Below, one piece after another: positions 41,038-50,942 of a stretch of DNA of 64,000 nucleotides. The notes beneath the pieces were generated by a model, which saw only the letters and a list, made by a program, of their open reading frames with translations, did no database searches and was not told the DNA's origin. Position 1 is the stretch's first letter; the number at the start of each line of letters is the position of its first letter. A program made the position numbers and the translations under genes. The stretch is from an uncultured Cytophagales bacterium (GTDB lineage: Bacteria; Bacteroidota; Bacteroidia; Cytophagales; Bernardetiaceae), in the NCBI GenBank assembly GCA_963761725.1, contig CAVXHP010000006.1, forward strand, positions 509,534 to 573,533, read 5' to 3'.

Positions 41038-43314
41038 ATGAAAAATGTATTTTTTACTACTCTATTTTTCTGCTCTGCTTTTCTATCATTTTATAATTTT
41101 TCTTTAGCACAAACAGATCAAGAACTTTTACAAGTAGCTATTCAGTTTCCAAAAATGCCTAAGGAATCCGTTGATTTGATTCCTTTTGTAGATATTTCGA
41201 ATGGAATAACATTTGGCTCAGGAACTCCTTTTAATGATTTGGAATATACTATTTTGGATACCGATTATATGGAAGGAGAAACGAATGGGTACAATACATT
41301 TATGCCTGTCAATCCTTCAGAAGAGTTTCCTGGAAGCAATAAAGTAAAACTTGTTCGTGGAGGAAATAATTTGGATTTAGAAGAAGCCTATTCAGGTGCA
41401 AAAGGAGACAGAATTATTCTAGGAATTGATGAGATAGAAGTTCCTTTTTTCTCAAAGGGGAGGGATGAAATCGATAATGATTATGCTGTTCTTCAAAACA
41501 TAGATTTTAATTTTGGACATATTCAATTACGTGGAACAAAGAACGATTACAGGTTGATTTATGTTACCTTAACAGATGGAGCGAAAACGGAAGGTTGGTA
41601 TTTATTTTATGTAAAAGATGCTACTATTGATTTAATAGCTTTCATCTTTCCTTGTGATGTTTTGGGAGAAGCTGTTAGTGGAAGACCTCCAAGAAATCCT
41701 ACAATTCTTTGTAATCAGAATAAAAATTTGAGGTTGGATAATGCTGCACAATTTAAGTTTGCTACTCCAGCTTCTTCTACTCCTACCTTAGAAAAAGCAA
41801 TCATCCAGTTAGGAACAACAGGGAAAGAAATCATTGGAGGAATTACAGCAGATAAAGATAAAAACACCTATCTTTTCGGAAATACAGATGGAGATATTGA
41901 TGGAAGTGGAATTTCTGAAAATAAAATATTTGTAGCTAAAATAAATACTAAAGGAGAACGAGTTTGGACAACTGCTTTAGAAACAAAAAATGGAACACTC
42001 ATTTTTGATGCTATTACTGACAATACTTATCTGTATGCAGCAGGAAGAACATTAGGAAATTTACAGGGTTTTAGGAGTGGAGGACGTTGGGACGGTATTT
42101 TATTAAAATTAAATTTACAAACAGGACAAATTGTAAATACCAACCAGTTCGGAAATGCAGGTCTTGATGGATATGGAAATATTGTCTTAGATGGAGAGGG
42201 AAATTTATATGTTTCAGGACAGGGAAGTCCAACAGGTGTTCAGGGTACAGATGATTCTTATTTGGTGGCAAAGCACAGTACCGAAACACTAGATAATATT
42301 TGGAGAGTAATAGAACCTCCTTCTGCAAATACTGTTTTTGTATCAGAAGCATGGGGAGGATTATCTTATTTGAAAGACCCAACTACAGGACTGGGAAAAT
42401 TAGTAGTTGCAGGTTGGTATATGACTACTGGAGGTTCGGATAGTTTTATTAGTTTGTATGAGGATTTGAATGAAAATCAGCCTACTCGTACACACACAGC
42501 CAATATACAAAGTAATGTACAACAAGCCGATTGGGTTTTGGATAACGTAATGGATAAAGATGGAAATATCTATGCAGCAGGTTATACAACAGGAAATTTG
42601 CAAGATACTCAAAAAGGAAATGGAGATGCTTTCATTGTCAAATTTTCGCCATCACTTACCAATCCTATTTACAAACAGGTAGGAACAGAACAATCAGACC
42701 AATTTAGAAAATTAGATGTTGACAAAAATGGAAATTTGTATGCTATTGGTTATACGTATGGAAATTACGATGCCCAAAACAAAGATAACTCTGGTTTTTC
42801 AGGAGATATTTTTATACAAAAATTTGATAAAGACCTCAATCCTCTGGAAAAAACACAATTAGGAACAAAAAAAGAAGAACGTGGATATATGTATCTACAA
42901 GATTCTATTTTATATGTCGGTGGAATGACTGAGGCTAGTTTTACAGGGCAAAATGCAGGTTCTTTTGATGGATTTGCTTTTGCATTAAAAGCAAGTGATT
43001 TGAGTATCTATAATATTGAGAATCCAGATGAAAGTAATGATGATGACGAAATTACCTCTACCAATGATTATTTTCTTCAAAATAGTTTTCAAATTTTTCC
43101 TAATCCAACAAGCTCTGATATAGTTTTAGTAAATAAAATTTCCTCAAAAGGGAGCTATCAAATTTATAATTCTATTGGAAAAGTTATGGAGAATACCACT
43201 TTAAAAGAAAGCCGAAACCTTATTTCTCTAAGAACTTATTCAGAAGGATTATATTTTATTAGAGTTCAGACTGAAAAAGGAATTACTACATTTAAAATTA
43301 TTAAAAACGAGTAA
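41038..43314 (+). CDS. T9SS-secreted protein with SBBP beta-propeller repeats and a C-terminal T9SS sorting domain
   Basis: Signal peptide. Repeats such as GNIYAAGYTTGNLQ...GDAFIVKFS and GNLYAIGYTYGNYD...GDIFIQKFD are SBBP-like. The C-terminus reads FQIFPNPTSSDIVLV...GLYFIRVQTEKGITTFKIIK (Por_Secre_tail). Confidence 0.7.
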   Translation: MKNVFFTTLFFCSAFLSFYNFSLAQTDQELLQVAIQFPKMPKESVDLIPFVDISNGITFGSGTPFNDLEYTILDTDYMEGETNGYNTFMPVNPSEEFPGSNKVKLVRGGNNLDLEEAYSGAKGDRIILGIDEIEVPFFSKGRDEIDNDYAVLQNIDFNFGHIQLRGTKNDYRLIYVTLTDGAKTEGWYLFYVKDATIDLIAFIFPCDVLGEAVSGRPPRNPTILCNQNKNLRLDNAAQFKFATPASSTPTLEKAIIQLGTTGKEIIGGITADKDKNTYLFGNTDGDIDGSGISENKIFVAKINTKGERVWTTALETKNGTLIFDAITDNTYLYAAGRTLGNLQGFRSGGRWDGILLKLNLQTGQIVNTNQFGNAGLDGYGNIVLDGEGNLYVSGQGSPTGVQGTDDSYLVAKHSTETLDNIWRVIEPPSANTVFVSEAWGGLSYLKDPTTGLGKLVVAGWYMTTGGSDSFISLYEDLNENQPTRTHTANIQSNVQQADWVLDNVMDKDGNIYAAGYTTGNLQDTQKGNGDAFIVKFSPSLTNPIYKQVGTEQSDQFRKLDVDKNGNLYAIGYTYGNYDAQNKDNSGFSGDIFIQKFDKDLNPLEKTQLGTKKEERGYMYLQDSILYVGGMTEASFTGQNAGSFDGFAFALKASDLSIYNIENPDESNDDDEITSTNDYFLQNSFQIFPNPTSSDIVLVNKISSKGSYQIYNSIGKVMENTTLKESRNLISLRTYSEGLYFIRVQTEKGITTFKIIKNE

Positions 43315-43407
43315 AGATAATTGTTTTAACAAAAAGCAATTTTCAGAATTATAAATCTAAAAACAACCATCTGTTCGTAGTGTCACACTACGAACCTAAA
43401 TGTATTA

Positions 43408-43460
43408 AAGCGTCACGCTTGTATTTCACATAATGCAAGACGTGACGCTTTTTATTTTTA
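43408..43460 (+). terminator. Rho-independent terminator between the T9SS cargo gene and rpoC
   Basis: AAAGCGTCACGCTTG...CAAGACGTGACGCTTTTTATTTTT. A perfect 11-bp palindrome (GTTCGTAGTGT-C-ACACTACGAAC) lies just upstream at 43373-43395. Confidence 0.6.
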
Positions 43461-43700
43461 GTTTCTTAGCGAGAGAACAGTTACGTGTTACTAGCAATAC
43501 AATACCTTTCAATCCAAAGCTAACCCCCTTATTTCCAATTATAAAGAAATAAAAATATTGATTTTCTAAAAAAACTAAATTCTTCTCAAGGAATCTAAAA
43601 AAACCACTAACTACAAAAATATTTCTTATAAAAAAAGGATTTTTCAAAATATTTTCTTAACTTTGTAGATTGTTACTCCAAATCCAAACCTGCATCGCCC

Positions 43701-46700
43701 ATGTCGTTCCAAAAGAACAGAAAGTTAAAAAACGATTTCAAGCGAATTACTATCAGCTTGGCATCTCCAGAATCTATTCTTAATAGTTCGTTCGGAGAAG
43801 TTACTCAACCAGAAACGATTAATTATCGTACCTACAAACCCGAAATGGGAGGTCTTTTCTGTGAGCGTATCTTCGGACCTGTTAAAGATTGGGAATGTCA
43901 TTGTGGAAAGTACAAGCGAATTCGCTATAAAGGAATTATCTGCGACCGTTGTGGCGTAGAAGTAACGGAAAAGAAAGTCCGTCGTGAGCGTATGGGACAC
44001 ATTCAACTTGTTGTTCCTGTGGCGCATATCTGGTATTTCCGTTCATTGCCCAATAAAATAGGTTACTTGCTCGGTCTGCCAACCAAAAAACTAGACCAAA
44101 TTATTTATTACGAGCGTTATGCTGTAGTACAACCCGGTCCATTAGAAGCTGAAGGGTTACAGCGTTTAGACTTCTTGACAGAAGACGAATATTTGGACAT
44201 TATGGACAAATTACCTCGTGAAGAACAGCAAAAAGACGACAGCGATCCAACAAAATTCGTTGCCAGTATGGGAGCAGAAGCAATTGTTATGCTTCTTGAC
44301 CCAATTCGATTAGATTTAGATCAACTTTCGTATGATTTGCGTGCAGCAGCAATGAACGAAACTTCACAACAACGTAAGGCTGAAGCCTTGAAGCGTTTGC
44401 GTGTAGTGGAAGCATTCCGTGATGCCAAATCTAGAAATGTTCCGAATGAACCATCTTGGATGGTCATCAAAATGGTACCTGTTATTCCACCAGAATTGCG
44501 TCCTTTAGTTCCCCTTGATGGTGGACGTTTCGCAACTTCGGATTTGAATGACCTTGTATCGTCGTGTTATTATTCGTAACAATCGTTTGAAAAGACTTGA
44601 TAGATATAAAAGCTCCTGAAGTAATTTTACGTAACGAAAAACGTATGCTTCAAGAAGCAGTTGATTCTCTTTTCGATAACTCTCGTAAAGTAAACGCTGT
44701 TCGTGGTGATGGCAATCGTGCCTTAAAATCACTTTCAGACATGCTCAAAGGTAAACAAGGACGTTTCCGTCAAAACCTTTTGGGTAAGCGTGTTGATTAC
44801 TCGGGTCGTTCGGTAATTGTGGTAGGACCAGAACTCAAATTACATGAGTGTGGTCTTCCTAAAAATATGGCTGCCGAGCTATTTAAACCTTTTGTTATTC
44901 GCAAACTTATTGAGCGTGGTATCGTAAAAACAGTAAAATCAGCTAAGAAAATTGTTGATAGAAAAGACCCAGTTATTTGGGATATTTTGGAAAATGTATT
45001 GAAAGGACATCCAGTTCTCCTAAATCGTGCGCCTACCTTGCACCGTTTGGGTATTCAAGCCTTCCAACCAAAACTTATTGAAGGAAAAGCAATTCAGTTG
45101 CACCCATTAGTTTGTACGGCTTTTAACGCCGATTTTGATGGTGACCAGATGGCTGTTCACGTTCCTTTGGGACAAGAAGCTGTTTTGGAAGCCTCTCTAC
45201 TAATGCTTGCTTCTCACAATATTCTTTCGCCTGCAAGTGGAAGTCCGATTACTGTACCTTCACAGGATATGGTTTTGGGTCTTTATTTCTTGACAAAAGG
45301 AAGAAGAAGTATTCCAACATTGAAAATTGAAGGAGAAGGTATGCGCTTCTATTCGGAAGAAGAAGTCGTTATGGCTCTCAATCATAAAGCTATTTCTAAG
45401 CACGCTTATATTTTTGTTCGTACAACTGTAATGAATGAAGATACAGGTGAATTAGAATACAAAACTATCGAAACTGTTGCAGGACGTGTTTTATTTAATA
45501 AATGTGTTCCTGAAGAGGTAGGTTATATCGACGAACTTTTAAGTAAAAAGACCCTTACAAAGGTAATTTCTAAAATTGTTAAGCAAGTCGGTATGGCTCG
45601 TACTGCCGAATTCTTAGACGAAATTAAATTCTTAGGTTTCCAACAAGCCTATATCGGTGGTCTTTCTATTGGTATTAATAATATTCCAGTTCCAGGAAAT
45701 AAGGAGCGTTTGGTTCAAGAAGCAAAAGATGAAGTAGCAGCAATTACGCAAAACTACTTTATGGGTCTTATTACTGATAACGAACGTTATAATCAAGTAA
45801 TTGATATTTGGACAAAAGTAAACCGTAGAATTACAGATGAGCTAATGACTCAGTTAGAAGATGACGAACAAGGGTTCAATTCTATCTATATGATGATGCA
45901 CTCTGGTGCACGTGGTTCTCGTGAACAAATTCGTCAATTAGGTGGTATGCGTGGTCTGATGGCTAAGCCTCAAAAGAACTTACAAGGTTCGGTAGGTGAA
46001 ATTATTGAAAACCCTATTCTTTCTAACTTTAAGGAAGGATTAGACGTTTTGGAATACTTTATCTCTACACACGGTGCTAGAAAAGGTCTTGCAGATACGG
46101 CTCTCAAAACTGCCGATGCGGGTTATCTTACTCGTCGTTTGGTAGATGTTGCTCAAGATATTATCGTAAATCAAACTGATTGTGGTACTTTACGTGGTTT
46201 GACAGTAACAGCTCTAAAAGAACAAGAAGAGATTATTGAACCAATTTCTGACCGTATTTTGGGTAGAATATCATTGCATGATGTTTTCCATCCAGAAAAT
46301 GAAGAATTAATTCTTATTGAATCTGGTGAACTTATAGATGAAATTGCTGCCAAACGTGCCGAAGAAGCAGGTGTAGAAGCCGTAGAAATACGTTCTGTAC
46401 TTACTTGTGAAACTCGTATTGGTGTTTGTGCAAAATGTTATGGACGAAACCTTGCTTCTGGAAAACTAGTACAGCAGGGAGAATCAGTTGGTGTAATTGC
46501 AGCACAATCTATTGGAGAACCAGGTACACAGCTTACTCTTCGTACTTTCCACGTTGGTGGTACTGCTTCTAACATTGCAGCAGAGCCAATTATTAAGGCG
46601 AAAAAAGAAGGTAAGATTGTTTTAGAAGAAATAAAAACAATAGATACACTTGATGAAGACGGCAAAAAAGCGAAAGTAGTTATGTCACGTACTGGCGAGC

Positions 46701-48103
46701 TTCGTATCGTTGATCCTGAAAATCCTAGCAAAACTTTGGCTTCAATTAATGTTCCTTATGGTTCATTTTTGAGTGTAAAAGATGGACAAATGGTCAAAAA
46801 AGATGCTGCTTTATATAATTTTGATCCTTTTAATGCTGTTATCCTTTCTCAACAAGATGGAATAGTTCAGTTTGAAGGAATTGATGAAGGTATTACCTAT
46901 AAAGAAGAATCTGATGAGCAAACAGGCTACCGTCAGAAAGTAATTATTGAAAGTAGAGACAAGACACGAAATCCAACTCTTACTGTTGTAAACAAAAAAG
47001 GAGATGGAGCAAGTAGTAATGTCCCTGCTGGTGCATATCTTTCTATTGATGAAGGTCAGGAAGTTAGAGCAGGTCAGATTTTGGTAAAAATTCCTCGTTC
47101 AGTTTCGAAGAGTAGAGATATTACAGGTGGTCTTCCTCGTGTAACCGAACTTTTTGAAGCACGTAATCCTTCTAACCCAGCAGTAGTATCAGAAATTGAT
47201 GGTATTGTGAGTTATGGTGGTATTAAGCGTGGTAATAGAGAAATTTTTGTAGAATCTAAGAAAGATGGTATTATCAAAAAATACATGGTTCAGCTTTCTA
47301 AGCACATTCTTGTACAAGAGAATGACTTTGTAAAAGCAGGTATGCCACTTTCAGATGGTGCTATTACACCTTCCGATATTTTAGCTATCAAAGGTCCAAC
47401 AGCAGTTCAAGAATATTTGACTAACGAAATTCAAGACGTTTATCGCCTTCAAGGTGTGAAGATTAATGATAAGCATATTGAGGTAATTGTTCGTCAGATG
47501 ATGCAAAAAGTAGAGATTATCGATCCAGGTGATACGTATTTCTTACCGAACCAAATTGTAGATAAATTTGAAGTTCGTGGAGAAAACGACTCGTTTATGG
47601 ACAAGAAAATCGTTACTGATATCGGAGAATCTACCAAACTCAAAGTAGGTATGATTTTGTCTGCTCGTGAGCTTAGAGATGAAAACTCTAGTCTGCGTCG
47701 TAAGGATATGAAGGTGGCTAAAGTACGTGAAGCACAACCAGCCGTTTCGAAACCTACTTTGCGTGGTATTACACAGGCATCTTTGGGTACGAAGAGTTTC
47801 ATGTCAGCAGCTTCTTTCCAAGAAACTACAAAAGTATTGAGTGAAGCTTCTATTCGTGGAAAGTCTGATGATTTGATGGGATTAAAGGAAAATGTAATTG
47901 TAGGACACCTTATTCCTGCAGGTACAGGTTTGCGTAAGTATGAAGACCTTATCGTTTACGATGAGAAGACGTACAACAAACTGGAAAACTCTTTAGCTGA
48001 TGAAAATGTACATTCTACTCGCACAGAAGCACAGATAAACAGAATGCGTTTGGAAGCCTTAGAAACCGAAAATGAGGAAGAAACTACTGAAACGGTAGGT
48101 TAA
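43701..48103 (+). CDS. rpoC: DNA-directed RNA polymerase subunit beta-prime, split into two ORFs by two 1-bp insertions 43 bp apart
   Basis: The N-terminus MSFQKNRKL...[35 protein letters not shown] is the beta-prime zinc finger. Frame 0 reads to ...[12 protein letters not shown] (44555). Frame +1 then gives [14 protein letters not shown] (44557-44598), the invariant beta-prime motif. Frame +2 resumes with [21 protein letters not shown] (from 44600) through NADFDGD to the end. Confidence 0.9.
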
Positions 48104-48133
48104 TTCTTAAGTTCATTTTTTATAGATAAATTA

Positions 48134-48172
48134 AAAGCCTTTCAAAATTTATTTTTTGGAAGGCTTTTTTTG
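48134..48172 (+). terminator. Terminator after rpoC
   Basis: AAAAGCCTTTC-loop-GGAAGGCTTTTTTT. Confidence 0.5.
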
Positions 48173-48184
48173 TTTTCTAATAAA

Positions 48185-48400
48185 TTAAGAATATTCGAAC
48201 AATTCAAATAATCCTGTTTCTTGATTATAAGTTATGTAATACTTGTAAAAAGTGTCAATATTATATATTCTTTCTCCTCTATCTTTAGTTTTGATTTTTA
48301 TAAATAACTTACGTTCTGAATGAAATAAAGTGTAAAAACTCTGTTTAGGAAAAGTGTAAGGAGAATAGCCATCTCCGTCTGTACTTACATAAACTTCCAT
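48185..48400 (-). CDS. Hypothetical small protein (71 aa)
   Basis: An ORF only, with no recognisable motif. It converges on the 3' end of rpoC. Confidence 0.25.
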   Translation of the reverse strand: MEVYVSTDGDGYSPYTFPKQSFYTLFHSERKLFIKIKTKDRGERIYNIDTFYKYYITYNQETGLFELFEYS

Positions 48401-48462
48401 TTGATTTTCTAAAGAATTATCAATATGAGTGTCATTAATTCAATTCAAAATAGCTCTTCATT

Positions 48463-48539
48463 AGCTACAGAGTAGCATAACCTTTGTAGAAAGGAATAAA
48501 AAATTAATTTTAAAAGCTACAGAGTAGCGTAACCTTGTT
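48463..48539. repeat. Two 25-bp direct repeats 52 bp apart, upstream of the XRE regulator gene
   Basis: AGCTACAGAGTAGCATAACCTTTGT at 48463-48487 and AGCTACAGAGTAGCGTAACCTTGTT at 48515-48539. A degenerate third copy lies near 48564 (CACAGAGTTTACTGTAA). Confidence 0.5.
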
Positions 48540-48787
48540 TTTGATTTTAATTTTCTCGCAAATCACAGAGTTTACTGTAATTACTTTACTATAAACTGCA
48601 CGAAGTTCAAAAGCATTAACACTTGAGCAAACCAATAAAAAAAATATGACTAACAAATAATTTTTCATCTAATTTCAAAAATAATGTAAAATAAAGAATT
48701 TTTAATTTGTTAAAGTTCTGAAATTAATTTACATTGAACAATATATTGAAACTTCATAATTATATACTTTTACTTTACTTTTTATTT

Positions 48788-49123
48788 ATGACAATAATGA
48801 ATATAGGAGAAAAAATACGCTTTTTTAGAGAACGAAAAGGTTTATCACAATCTAAAATGGCTGAACTATTAGAAATGTCAGTTCAAGGATATGGAAATAT
48901 AGAACGAGGAGATACAGATATTTCTTATTCTCGTTTAGAACTTATTAGTAAAGAATTAGAAATGAAACCAGAGGATATTGTAGGATTTGGAGAGCAAAAC
49001 TCATTTGTAAATAGTAATAACAATAATTTCAATAATCATTCGTCGGTATATCAAGTAGGAGTGGAGCAGGAGTTGATAATAGAAAATACAATCTTAAAAA
49101 CAGAAAAATTATGCAATCAATAA
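48788..49123 (+). CDS. XRE-family helix-turn-helix transcriptional regulator
   Basis: MNIGEKIRFFRERKGLSQSKMAELLEMSVQGYGNIERGDTDISYSRLELISKEL is a Cro/C1-type HTH. The start is probably the ATG at 48788 or 48797. Confidence 0.75.
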   Translation: MTIMNIGEKIRFFRERKGLSQSKMAELLEMSVQGYGNIERGDTDISYSRLELISKELEMKPEDIVGFGEQNSFVNSNNNNFNNHSSVYQVGVEQELIIENTILKTEKLCNQ

Positions 49124-49335
49124 ATCAACCTTTATCGAATACTCAACTTGAAATCTTGAAAGCCTTTTCTTATAATTTGAGTAATCAAGAATTAATAGAA
49201 TTTAAAGAAACTATTGCTACTTATTTTGCTAAAAGAGCAATCGAAGCAGCCAATAAAGTTTGGGACGAAAAAAAATGGACAAATAATGACGTAGATGAAA
49301 TGCTTACTACCAAAATGAGAAAGTCAAAAAAATAA
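49111..49335 (+). CDS. Putative antitoxin, partner of the downstream PIN toxin
   Basis: 74 aa. It overlaps the XRE gene by 13 bp and ends 7 bp before the PIN gene. It is assigned by position; no strong motif. Confidence 0.4.
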   Translation: MQSINQPLSNTQLEILKAFSYNLSNQELIEFKETIATYFAKRAIEAANKVWDEKKWTNNDVDEMLTTKMRKSKK

Positions 49336-49341
49336 TCTGTT

Positions 49342-49755
49342 ATGGAAACTAGAAAAATAGTTTTGGATACAAATGTTTTGCTAGTGAGTATATCTGAAAG
49401 GTCAAAATTACATTGGGTATTTGATTCTCTTTTGAAAAAGAAATATATACTTTGTGTAACTACTGATATTTTGGCTGAATATGCAGAAATTTTAGAACAA
49501 CACATGGGAAATGAAGTAAGTAATAGCGTATTAGCTACTATTGAAAATTTATCGAATGTTGAATTTATTACTACTTATTATAGATTCAGATTATTGCAAG
49601 ATGAAGATGATGATAAGTTCGTAGATTGTGCCATTGCAGCAAATGCAAACTATATTGTAACCCATGATACTGATTTCAAAATTTTATCAAAAATAGATTT
49701 TCCAAAAGTGGAAGTAAAGAATACAGATAAATTTAAAGAAGATATTTTTTATTGA
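49342..49755 (+). CDS. PIN-domain toxin (PIN_3 / TIGR00305-like TA toxin component)
   Basis: KIVLDTNVLLVSI...DDDKFVDCAIAANANYIVTHDTDF contains the acidic PIN residues (D, E, D, D). Confidence 0.7.
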   Translation: METRKIVLDTNVLLVSISERSKLHWVFDSLLKKKYILCVTTDILAEYAEILEQHMGNEVSNSVLATIENLSNVEFITTYYRFRLLQDEDDDKFVDCAIAANANYIVTHDTDFKILSKIDFPKVEVKNTDKFKEDIFY

Positions 49756-49869
49756 GCTTATTATTAATCTTAAAAAAATTTTCAAAAATTTAGTTTTTAG
49801 AAAGGCTTTTTTACTTATAGAGAGAAGTTCTAAAATAAAATTATTATATTTCAGAAAATATAACTTAAA

Positions 49870-50910
49870 ATGAAAAAAGCAAACAGTTTCATACAAAACA
49901 TAAGGATAGAATTTTCAGAATTGGTAAAGAACAACACAAATTTTACGCAACGAGAAGCAAATGGAATGGTAGTTTTATCGTTCCTTTTTCTTTTGCCTGT
50001 TTTTATGATAGTTTGGGAAAGAGTAAAACCTGTAGATGAAATTAATGAAGGATTAACAGCATTTCAAGCAAAAAAAGCAGATAGTTTATTAACTATTTTG
50101 GAGATGCAGCAGCCTTTGGATAGAGAAACAAAATTAGCTCTATTAAAAATTCCAATTTTTAATCCGAATAAATTATCAATTGAAGAGTGGCAAGCAATGG
50201 GAGTAAAATCTTGGGTAGCAAAAAGGGTAGTAAATGCAATAAATAAAAAATATGTTTTTCTTCAAAAAAATGACTTAGAACGTTTTGGTGGTTTTCCAAA
50301 AGAAGAATACGAACGATTAAAAGATTTTATAGATTTGCCAGATTCGGTGGATAGAAAAAAATATTACGCAGATAAATATGCTTCTTCTTATGATAAAAAT
50401 AAATATGATAGCAAGAACTATAAAGACTACAAAAATTATGATAACAATACCTCAGAAAACAACTACACTTCTACTTATGAGAAAAAAGAATATGTCAAGT
50501 ACGTTCCGAAAGTGATAGAAAAGTTTGACATAAACACCGCCGATACAGCGACACTAACACAAATTAGAGGTATAGGAGGAAAAACTGCTATTTGGATAAC
50601 AAATATTAGAGATAACATGGGAGGCTTTCATTCACTAGAACAAACTAGAGAAGTTCCTATTCTTTCAGAAGAGGCTTTTAAGGAACTTCAAAAATATGCT
50701 TTAATTATTTCTCCTATTAAGAAAATAAACATCAATACTGCTGATTACGAAATTCTGAAAAATAATCCGTACATAAAATGGAAAGCTGCCAGCATTTTAA
50801 TAAAGTACAAAAAACATCATGGAAGCTACAAAAGCATAGAAGATATTAGAAAATCAAGAGCCATTGATGAAGAAAACCTAATCAAACTTACTCCTTATTT
50901 AGAGTTTTAG
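49870..50910 (+). CDS. ComEA-like protein with tandem helix-hairpin-helix DNA-binding motifs
   Basis: N-terminal TM segment, then the HhH motifs DINTADTATLTQIRGIGGKTAIWI and NINTADYEILKNNPYIKWKAASIL. Confidence 0.6.
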   Translation: MKKANSFIQNIRIEFSELVKNNTNFTQREANGMVVLSFLFLLPVFMIVWERVKPVDEINEGLTAFQAKKADSLLTILEMQQPLDRETKLALLKIPIFNPNKLSIEEWQAMGVKSWVAKRVVNAINKKYVFLQKNDLERFGGFPKEEYERLKDFIDLPDSVDRKKYYADKYASSYDKNKYDSKNYKDYKNYDNNTSENNYTSTYEKKEYVKYVPKVIEKFDINTADTATLTQIRGIGGKTAIWITNIRDNMGGFHSLEQTREVPILSEEAFKELQKYALIISPIKKININTADYEILKNNPYIKWKAASILIKYKKHHGSYKSIEDIRKSRAIDEENLIKLTPYLEF

Positions 50911-50942
50911 CTAATTATTTTGATTGTATTGACTATATATTT

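Noticed and set aside
48463-48580. Possible mini-CRISPR (25-bp repeats with a ~27-bp spacer)
   Set aside because: There are only two good copies plus one degenerate copy. The repeat length and spacing are atypical and no cas genes are nearby. They are more likely operator or direct repeats.
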